From contig CAVYXA010000003.1 of NCBI GenBank assembly GCA_963772365.1, positions 480,001-544,000 of the forward strand: 64,000 bases of DNA, in the 5' to 3' direction. The notes under the pieces are model-generated. The model saw only the letters and a program-made list of their open reading frames with translations. It ran no database searches and had not been told where the DNA came from. The first letter of the stretch is position 1, and the number at the start of each line of letters is the position of its first letter. This document shows, in pieces, positions 1 to 6,657 of this stretch. The position numbers and the translations under genes are program-made. This DNA comes from an uncultured Verrucomicrobiae bacterium. GTDB taxonomy: Bacteria; Verrucomicrobiota; Verrucomicrobiia; Chthoniobacterales; UBA10450.

Positions 1-1534
1 AAAGCGCTTCGCGAAGTCGAGCCTCAAAAGGCCGCAGTCGTGTCGACAAAGCTGGGCTGTGAGTGCTTCGCGCGATTGTCGATCCTCTGCGCGCGAATCC
101 ATTCGCGCAGAGGCTGATAATCAATTCGTCGACAAGTTGCGAAGGATGGTCGGCCAGCGCTTTCCTCAGATTGCTCAGATCAAGCCCGGACAACTCCGGA
201 TATTCCTGCTGCGATTTGTCGATCATCGCAATCGCCCGGTCGCAAAGACTTCGCCAGAAATTATTGTTGGCCGCAAAATCGCCGCAAATAACGATCCTTT
301 CGAGACGTTGCAGCCGCTCCAGTTCCGCTGCGATTTGCTCGCTGCTGAAATGTGATTGGCGCAAAATCGTTTCCTTCGACGCAAATCCGCGCGATCCAAT
401 TTCTGCGTGTAGACAAAGATCGAGATCGTGCGGCGCGATCGAAAACATTTCCCTGTTGCGGCCGTCGCCATTGAGGATAACGCCGCCGCCAATCGTGCGA
501 CGTTCCGATGGGTCGCGAAGCACGAATCGATCACCCAGGAATGCGAAGATGGGCGATGCCAGTTTCAAGCGAGCAATATTCTCGTCTTCAAAAAAAACTC
601 TCGCCGCGACACGCGATGTGCCGTGATGCAGATAAACTGAGCTGCCGTTCTTGGTTTTCCCTGTGAATCGCGCCAGCAATATCGCGCTGGGCGGGCCGAG
701 CTCGGCAATGGTAATCACATCGCCTCGCCTGATTTGCGCAACATCGACATCGGACAAATTGATCGCTGTTCGCATCCCGGGCTGCGCCGATTCCATGTCC
801 ATCCCGTGGCTTTGAATGGACCGAATCCGTGTTTCGATCTTGGTTGGCTGAATGATCATCTTCTGCCCGCGATGAAGCTGGCCACCCGTCAATGTTCCGG
901 TGACGACAGTTCCAATCCCGTGAAGTGTAAACACGCGATCGATAAACAGGCGTGGTTTTCCGTAGTCGCGTTGCGGTTGGATCGATTCCAGTTCCGCCGC
1001 GATCGCACTTTTCAATTCATCGATTCCTTCTCCTGTGCGAACTGAAGTTCGGACGATTGGCGATTGCGCGAACGGAGTATCGATCAAATGCTCACGAATC
1101 TGTTCGACGTCGATCTTCGCCAGATCGGTTTTCGTGAGCGCTACAACAGCGCCTTGAACAGCCAGATGCGTAAGGATCTGCAAATGTTCTTCGGTTTGCG
1201 GCATCCAACCGTCGTCAGCCGCTATAACAAAGAGCGCCAGGTCAACCGAGCCCACACCGGCGATCATATTTCGAACGAAATCTTCGTGACCGGGTACGTC
1301 GACAATGCCAGCATGAATATTTCCGGGAAGATCCAGCTCGGCAAAGCCGAGATCGATGGTAATGCCCCGAGCTTTCTCTTCCGGCAAACGATCGGGATCC
1401 GTTCCAGTAAGCTCCTTAACCAACGCGCTCTTGCCGTGATCGACGTGACCGGCGGTCGCGATGATGAAATGCTTCTGCTGTAGCGGCGCTCTGTGAGCGC
1501 CGCCAACTTTCGCTCTGGCGTTTGCGACGGTCAT
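1..1534 (-). CDS. selB: Selenocysteine-specific translation elongation factor (3'-truncated by window edge)
   Basis: Manual translation from ATG 1534: MTVANARAKVGGAHRAPLQQKHFIIATAGHVDHGKS...DRLPEEKARGITIDLGF...IVDVPGHEDFVRNM (GTPase G1-G3). Same frame reads sensibly at the window edge. ATGA overlap with selA stop. Absent from the ORF track. Confidence 0.95.
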   Translation of the reverse strand, partial: MTVANARAKVGGAHRAPLQQKHFIIATAGHVDHGKSALVKELTGTDPDRLPEEKARGITIDLGFAELDLPGNIHAGIVDVPGHEDFVRNMIAGVGSVDLALFVIAADDGWMPQTEEHLQILTHLAVQGAVVALTKTDLAKIDVEQIREHLIDTPFAQSPIVRTSVRTGEGIDELKSAIAAELESIQPQRDYGKPRLFIDRVFTLHGIGTVVTGTLTGGQLHRGQKMIIQPTKIETRIRSIQSHGMDMESAQPGMRTAINLSDVDVAQIRRGDVITIAELGPPSAILLARFTGKTKNGSSVYLHHGTSRVAARVFFEDENIARLKLASPIFAFLGDRFVLRDPSERRTIGGGVILNGDGRNREMFSIAPHDLDLCLHAEIGSRGFASKETILRQSHFSSEQIAAELERLQRLERIVICGDFAANNNFWRSLCDRAIAMIDKSQQEYPELSGLDLSNLRKALADHPSQLVDELIISLCANGFARRGSTIARSTHSPALSTRLRPFEARLREAL

Positions 1535-1548
1535 AGACCGCCGCTACA
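1479..1548. repeat. GTAG-type REP-like inverted doublet (family A) spanning the selA/selB junction
   Basis: TGTAGCGGCGCTCTGTGAGCGCCGC ... GCGACGGTCATAGACCGCCGCTACA; related copies at 18347-18413 and 29884-29940. Confidence 0.85.
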
Positions 1549-2913
1549 ACTGGAGGCGGCGCGAATGCCATCCACGACCAAATCGTCCTGTTCGGGAAAA
1601 ATGGTGCGCAGGTCGAGTTTGAAACGATCGTCCGAGATGTAACCGATAATCGGCGGATTTGAGGTGCGGAGTTTCTTTGCGAATTCGGCTACCGACGAAT
1701 TTTCAGGCAGAATTTCGATTGTGATTGAGGTCATGATCGAGCGTGGCAGCGTGCCGCCGCCCACTTTGGCCTTGCCCCGACCAACGCCAATTTTTAACGG
1801 TAACCCTTGCAGCCGGGAAAAAATGGCGGCGGCGCGGGCGCGCAGATTATCCTTGGGAATTTGCAGGAGGGCGAGCGCGGGGATTTCCGATGTCGATCCT
1901 TGTAGATGAAGGTCGACAGTGGATTGCAGCGCGGCGAGACAGAGTTTGTCGCAACGCAATGCCCGAAAGAGCGGCTCGCGTCGCAATGCGGCTACGAATT
2001 TCTTTCTACCGACAATAATTCCCGCCTGCGGCCCACCAAATAATTTGTCGCCGCTAAAGCAAACAAGATCGGCGCCGCTTTTCAGTGCATCCGCGGGCGT
2101 GGGCTCATGCTCTTCCATCCCGAGTTGCTCCGATTCGACGATGGCGCCGCTGCCCAAGTCTTCCACGAACGGGATCCGCTTTTTCTTTGCCAGCGCTGCA
2201 ATCTCAGCAGAAGCGGGCGATTCTACAAATCCGCTCATGAAAAAATTGCTGCGATGAACTTTCAGGATCATCGCCGTCTCTCGGTTGATCCCGCGTGCAT
2301 AATCGCTCAACGTGGTCTTGTTCGTCGCGCCGACTTCGCGCAATTTTCCGCCGGCAGCTTCGATAATCTCACCGATTCGAAAACCGCCACCGATTTGCAC
2401 GAGTTCGCCCCGGGAGACAATTACTTCTCGTTTCGTTTTTGCGAAATGCTGAACGGTCACAACGAGTGCCGCTGCGCAATTGTTCACAATCGCGGCTGAC
2501 TCGGCGCCGCAAAGAACGGCCAGTGCTTTTTCGACATAACCGCCGCGATGGCCACGCTCACCTGTAACGAGATCGAATTCGACATTGGAGTAGCCGGCGC
2601 CGACTTCGGTGAGATCCCTGATTGTCTCCCTGGAAAGCGGGGCCCGGCCAAAGTTTGTATGAATTACAATGCCTGTCCCGTTAATAACTGGTTGAATCCG
2701 GCTGGCACGCAACTCCTGGGCTGAATGCCGAACCAGATCAATAATGGATTCCAAGTTGGGAATTTTTTTGGATTCGCGGATCGTCGAGAGCTGCTGTCGA
2801 ACAAGATCGACAATCAACGGACGCGGCAATGGAATTTCTCCAACTGCGTCGAGAATCTTGGTGACCGCGGGAATGTCGCGGCGAGTTGCTACGGGTTTAT
2901 GCATAAGAGCCAT
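1531..2913 (-). CDS. selA: L-seryl-tRNA(Sec) selenium transferase
   Basis: VINGTGIVIHTNFGRAPL, VSRGELVQIGGGFRI, EDLGSG, FSGDKLFGGPQAG (PLP lysine). Confidence 0.97.
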   Translation of the reverse strand: MALMHKPVATRRDIPAVTKILDAVGEIPLPRPLIVDLVRQQLSTIRESKKIPNLESIIDLVRHSAQELRASRIQPVINGTGIVIHTNFGRAPLSRETIRDLTEVGAGYSNVEFDLVTGERGHRGGYVEKALAVLCGAESAAIVNNCAAALVVTVQHFAKTKREVIVSRGELVQIGGGFRIGEIIEAAGGKLREVGATNKTTLSDYARGINRETAMILKVHRSNFFMSGFVESPASAEIAALAKKKRIPFVEDLGSGAIVESEQLGMEEHEPTPADALKSGADLVCFSGDKLFGGPQAGIIVGRKKFVAALRREPLFRALRCDKLCLAALQSTVDLHLQGSTSEIPALALLQIPKDNLRARAAAIFSRLQGLPLKIGVGRGKAKVGGGTLPRSIMTSITIEILPENSSVAEFAKKLRTSNPPIIGYISDDRFKLDLRTIFPEQDDLVVDGIRAASSCSGGL

Positions 2914-3926
2914 TCTTGAGGCCGAGTGATCTGGCCGATGACTTTTCCGGCTTTAATGAGTGCCCGAACTTTCTTGAGCCGATCTGGTTTGACGCACAAT
3001 AGCAAGCCTCCGCTGGTTTGTGCGTCAGTGAGAAGAATGCGTTGGGCGATCGATGTTTTATTCCAATCGGTCACCTTGCTTGCGGCTTGCAGGTTGCCGC
3101 GGGTGCCGCCGGGGATGCAATCGCGGCGAATCAAGTCGAACACGTCGTTGTCGATCGCGGGAACTTCGCTGGCATAGATCTTCGCGCTCGTTTTGCTGGC
3201 TCGACACATTGAAGCGAGATGACCGAGAAGGCCGAAACCAGTGATATCGACAGCCGCGCGAACCAGTCCGCGCTCGGCCAGTTCTGCGCCGATTGAATTC
3301 ACTTGGGTCATTATTGTGATCGTTTTCTTCGCGAGCTGGCGAGAAGTCAGACTGCGTTTGATGCCGGTCGTGACGATTCCGGTGCCGAGAGGCTTTGTCA
3401 GCACGAGCAGATCGCCCGGACGCGCATTGGCATTGGTCATCATTTTCCGTGGATCGACAATTCCAGTAACGGCCAGTCCATAAATCGGCTCTGGATTTCG
3501 AATGGAATGACCGCCGATGATGGCGCAGCCGACTTCGGCAGCTTTTGCGAAACCGCCGCGCAGGATCGAAACGATCGTTTTCTCCGACACGAGATTTTTC
3601 GGGAATCCCATGATGTTAAGTGCGGTGAGCGGGCGACCGCCCATTGCAAACACATCCGAGAGCGCATTAGCGGCGGCGATTTGTCCGTAGGCGAATGGGT
3701 CGTCCACTATCGGCGTGAAAAAATCGACCGTCTGCACGAGCGCGCGATTTCGGTCCAGGCGATAAACGCCGGCATCGTCGAGCGTGCTCGAATTCACGGC
3801 GACGTTTCGGTTTTTCGAAAATGGGAGCTGACGCAAAACTTGCATCAGGGCCGATTGGCTCAGCTTAGAAGCTCAGCCAGCGCAGGATGAAAGCGCGGTG
3901 AGTTTACGGATTTGTTCGCGCGACAT
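2889..3926 (-). CDS. selD: Selenide, water dikinase, selenoprotein form (Sec18)
   Basis: AGGAGG RBS then MSREQIRKLTALSSCAG-UGA(3873-3875)-ASKLSQSALMQVL, continuing in frame into the 2889..3845 ORF; DDAGVY, TVDFFTPIVDDP, DITGFGLLGH, DAQTSGGLL motifs. Confidence 0.95.
3828..3848 (-). promoter_or_regulatory. Putative bacterial SECIS hairpin of selD
   Basis: CUGAUGCAA-GUU-UUGCGUCAG, 9-bp stem; loop begins 33 nt after the UGA. Confidence 0.75.
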
Positions 3927-3948
3927 TGTCGTCACCTCCTTTCCATTT

Positions 3949-3999
3949 GTGGCATGGGGCTTCCTGCCCATGTACCATCGGCAGGATGCCGATTGCGAC
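3949..3999. repeat. GTGG/GTAG-type REP-like doublet between tRNA-Sec and selD
   Basis: GTGGCATGGGGCTTCCTGCCCATG ... CATCGGCAGGATGCCGATTGCGAC; each arm is internally palindromic and the arms are imperfectly inverted. Confidence 0.6.
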
Positions 4000-4007
4000 G
4001 GAAAAAG

Positions 4008-4104
4008 CGGAGAGGATAGGAATCGAACCTACCCCGGTCCGGCGGTTGCCGGATCGACAACGGTTTTGAAGACCGCGAGGGCCACCAGGCACCCTTCACT
4101 CTCC
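4008..4104 (-). tRNA. selC: tRNA-Sec (anticodon UCA)
   Basis: GGAGAGUG acceptor strand, UGGU D-loop, GCGGU-CUUCAAA-ACCGU anticodon arm, long variable arm, GUAGG-UUCGAUU-CCUAU T arm, discriminator G; CCA not encoded. Confidence 0.95.
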
Positions 4105-4112
4105 TGGAAGGA

Positions 4113-4147
4113 AAAAGCTGAAAAGCTGAAAAGCTGAGAAGCTGAAA
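4113..4147. repeat. 8-bp tandem repeat (AAAAGCTG)x4
   Basis: aaaagctg aaaagctg aaaagctg agaagctg aaa, between the Rdx stop and the tRNA 5' end. Confidence 0.9.
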
Positions 4148-4148
4148 T

Positions 4149-4385
4149 TTATTTGAGCTTCTTGATGGCGCTAACGACTTGATCGAAGTCAGGCCAGTCG
4201 CCGGTGTTGAGCTTGGAATGGAGAAGCTTGTCATTGGCGCGAATTTCAAAGGCGCCGCCGCTGGACGGAATCAGGGTGAGCGATTTGATGCGCTCGCCGA
4301 GCTCGAGAATCTGGGTCGCCAAACTGACGGCCTTCGGCGTGTAGTTTCAAACGACGCAGTATTCGATCGAGACCTCGGTCTTCAC
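4149..4385 (-). CDS. Rdx (SelW/SelT/SelH-like) selenoprotein, 78 aa, CxxU
   Basis: GGAAAGGAG RBS, GTG start: MKTEVSIEYCVV-U-NYTPKAVSLATQILELGERIKSLTLIPSSGGAFEIRANDKLLHSKLNTGDWPDFDQVVSAIKKLK; UGA at 4347-4349; IEYCxxU and GGxFEI are Rdx hallmarks. Confidence 0.92.
4314..4332 (-). promoter_or_regulatory. Putative SECIS hairpin of the Rdx gene
   Basis: GGCCGUCA-GUU-UGGCGACC; loop begins 22 nt after the UGA; same AGUUU apex as in selD. Confidence 0.65.
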
Positions 4386-4406
4386 CTTGTGCTCCTTTCC
4401 GAGAAA

Positions 4407-4435
4407 ATGGTATCGAAGCGCAGCAAAACGGTCAA
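4407..4435 (-). promoter_or_regulatory. Sigma70-like promoter of the sel operon
   Basis: TTGACC-17 nt-TACCAT immediately before the Rdx RBS. Confidence 0.65.
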
Positions 4436-4443
4436 GAAACGTG

Positions 4444-4520
4444 ACGGCGGCTGCTCGAATCCTCCCGCCTGCGACAATCCGCCAAGATCGCGACAGTGAA
4501 TGGGAATCGGCAGCCGCCGT
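4444..4520 (-). ncRNA. Conserved structured element, copy 1
   Basis: Outer stem ACGGCGGCUG/CAGCCGCCGU around a 28-nt core (UCGCGAUCUUGGCGGAUUGUCGCAGGCG) identical to copy 2. Confidence 0.55.
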
Positions 4521-4609
4521 TTTACTCGGAGGTTCCCCATGTTGAACCTCAAATTATTCCGATGCTGCGTAGCTACATATTCGTCGTCGATCGGTTTTCG
4601 TTTTCGGAT

Positions 4610-5377
4610 CTAAAAAGCAAAGGTCAGCCCGCTGCGGATCATGGTGAAATTATTCTTCGGTCCATCGATGACGCCCCAGCTCAAGTCGTTTGTCCAACCG
4701 ACGTTGCGAGTAAAGCGATACTCAAGACCTACGCCGAACTGGCCCAGCAGCTTTGTTTCGCCGTCAGAATGATGACTCTGAGCATTTGCGGTTGGAAATT
4801 CGAATAGCAGGCCCGGAAGGGGCCCAGCAGTCACGCTGTCACTTTCACCGCCGCCAAAAATTGCGCCGATACCGGCCCAACCATAAGGAGCGAACCGGCT
4901 ACAGGGCAGCGGATAGCGCAACGTGAACGTGCCCAGCACCGCTCCGATCACTCGCTCGTCATCGACGTTGCGGCCGAAAAAGACTCCATCTAGAGGTCGC
5001 CAATCGATGTCGAAGCTGCGCTTGTGAGCGTTGAGGGCGAATCCTTCAATGCCCACGCCGAAATAACGCTGGAAAAAGTATTTGATGTCGATGCCGCCGC
5101 CCCAGGCGTGATCGTTCCCGATGTATCGGTCGAACGACCCGAGAACGGTCTCGCCTTCGGTTGTGCTTTGGATGAGATCGGGAATGTCGAGGTTGGGATT
5201 GTAATCTGTATTGGTGAAGGTGTAAGTGCCCCAAAGGTTCACCTGAAATTCATTATCGCCGTACCATTCCGGGCAAGGTGGAGATGCTACCGGCTGTTTC
5301 ATTTCATATCCGCCTGCGACAACAAGTTGAAGGCAGCAGAGTTCGAGGATCGACAGCAAAATGATGAGTCGTTTCAT
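4610..5377 (-). CDS. Outer-membrane beta-barrel protein
   Basis: Signal peptide, amphipathic strands (GGGIDIKYFF, APYGWAGIG, GQFGVGLEYRF), C-terminal Phe (GLTFAF). Confidence 0.8.
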   Translation of the reverse strand: MKRLIILLSILELCCLQLVVAGGYEMKQPVASPPCPEWYGDNEFQVNLWGTYTFTNTDYNPNLDIPDLIQSTTEGETVLGSFDRYIGNDHAWGGGIDIKYFFQRYFGVGIEGFALNAHKRSFDIDWRPLDGVFFGRNVDDERVIGAVLGTFTLRYPLPCSRFAPYGWAGIGAIFGGGESDSVTAGPLPGLLFEFPTANAQSHHSDGETKLLGQFGVGLEYRFTRNVGWTNDLSWGVIDGPKNNFTMIRSGLTFAF

Positions 5378-5401
5378 GGGTTTGAAAGAATTAGATTTGG
5401 T

Positions 5402-6367
5402 TTATCGATTACGAGTGGAGACAGGAGCCTCCGTTTCCTCCGCTCCGGCTGGTCCTAGTAATACGGAGAAAACTGCAAATGCCTGGACGCTGGGAGAGTC
5501 GTCAGTGCAGCCGAACAATGGCGACACGTCGATGCGCGTATTGCGCGACGGTTTCCAGGCGACCGTGGGGCCAACTACAAAGCTGTGCTGAGGATCGTCC
5601 CGCGTATTTTTCATCGTGAAATTCTTGTATTGCATTTCCACGCCGACTTTCAGGCGCTCGGCTGACAGCAGAACTGGCGTAACAGCGCTTTGGGCAAATC
5701 CCCATTCACGTCCTCGATCCCCCTGGATTTCCTGTTCGAAAAACCAATTCATTGCCCATTCATAGCGCTGACAGAATTCCTGAGCCAAAAGCAGACGGAC
5801 TTCGTAAGCGTCCGGTTTTTCCGGCGGTCCACCTTCTTCCTCTTCCTCCTCCGCTTCTGCGTCACCTTCTTCCCCTGGAGGTTTGCCTTCCTCGCGACGG
5901 ATCGGACCCGTTCCGAACTTGTATTCGACGAAGAGAGTTGGATTCAGTGGGATTTTGCTCCAGTCAGCCAGAGCGTAGCGGGCTTCAATACTCGCCGTCG
6001 AAGGTCCACCGCCGCCATTGAATCGTTCAAAGGATGATTCGGCGGCGACTCCAAACCGATAAGGAAGACCCATCTCGATTTCCTGTGTGAAAATGTGATC
6101 GGGCGGGCCATCGCAAAAAAAGTCGCCTTCATAGATCTCGCCCACGAAGAACGTCCATGGCGGCAAAACGTAAGCGGTCAGCAGAGGCGAAAAACGTGTC
6201 CGCGAAATTCCGGGTGGAGCCCCATATGCGCTGGGAATGCCTTCCGCGGAGACGACCACCTCTTCGGAAGAGACTTGAGCGTCACTGCGAGAAGAAATCA
6301 GAACCAGCACCAGACCGGGAAGCAACGCACCGAGCAAACGTGCTCGGGAAAAGAGGCATTTAGTCAT
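5402..6367 (-). CDS. Exported, probable beta-barrel protein with acidic loop
   Basis: Signal peptide, EEVVVSA motif, aromatic beta-strand pattern, poly-Glu insert. Confidence 0.65.
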   Translation of the reverse strand: MTKCLFSRARLLGALLPGLVLVLISSRSDAQVSSEEVVVSAEGIPSAYGAPPGISRTRFSPLLTAYVLPPWTFFVGEIYEGDFFCDGPPDHIFTQEIEMGLPYRFGVAAESSFERFNGGGGPSTASIEARYALADWSKIPLNPTLFVEYKFGTGPIRREEGKPPGEEGDAEAEEEEEEGGPPEKPDAYEVRLLLAQEFCQRYEWAMNWFFEQEIQGDRGREWGFAQSAVTPVLLSAERLKVGVEMQYKNFTMKNTRDDPQHSFVVGPTVAWKPSRNTRIDVSPLFGCTDDSPSVQAFAVFSVLLGPAGAEETEAPVSTRNR

Positions 6368-6524
6368 AAGGGGTAAGGCTTTCGTTTATTCAAAGATTGG
6401 ACCTGCGGCAGATTATTACAAATCTGTAATGTTTAGCAAGCATTTTCGCATGCCGGGAATCCTGCTTTGCTTTGGCCTTGATAACGCCTTTTGGATTTGC
6501 TAATGCTGTAACCAAGAACGACAA

Positions 6525-6620
6525 AGAACACCGGCGGCCGCCCGACTTCTCTCGCCTGCGACAATCCGCCAAGATCGCGAAGCTGTAGGAGATTCGAGTT
6601 CGGCCGCCGTTTGGTGTTCT
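6525..6620 (-). ncRNA. Conserved structured element, copy 2
   Basis: Outer stem CGGCGGCCG/CGGCCGCCG extended by AGAACACC/GGUGUUCU; same 28-nt core as copy 1. Confidence 0.55.
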
Positions 6621-6657
6621 CGAAGTGCTGTCAGTCCAACGCAGACGTTTCGCAGGA

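Noticed and set aside
59..1506. Short ORFs listed over the selB region
   Set aside because: Antisense or off-frame shadows of selB, which runs off the window edge.
4113..4147. Possible CRISPR array (also considered for the dispersed palindromes)
   Set aside because: No regular repeat-spacer structure and no cas genes.
3898..4807. ORFs 3898-4137, 3932-4249, 4179-4499 and 4496-4807
   Set aside because: They overlap tRNA-Sec, the Rdx gene and structured elements and have no protein motifs.
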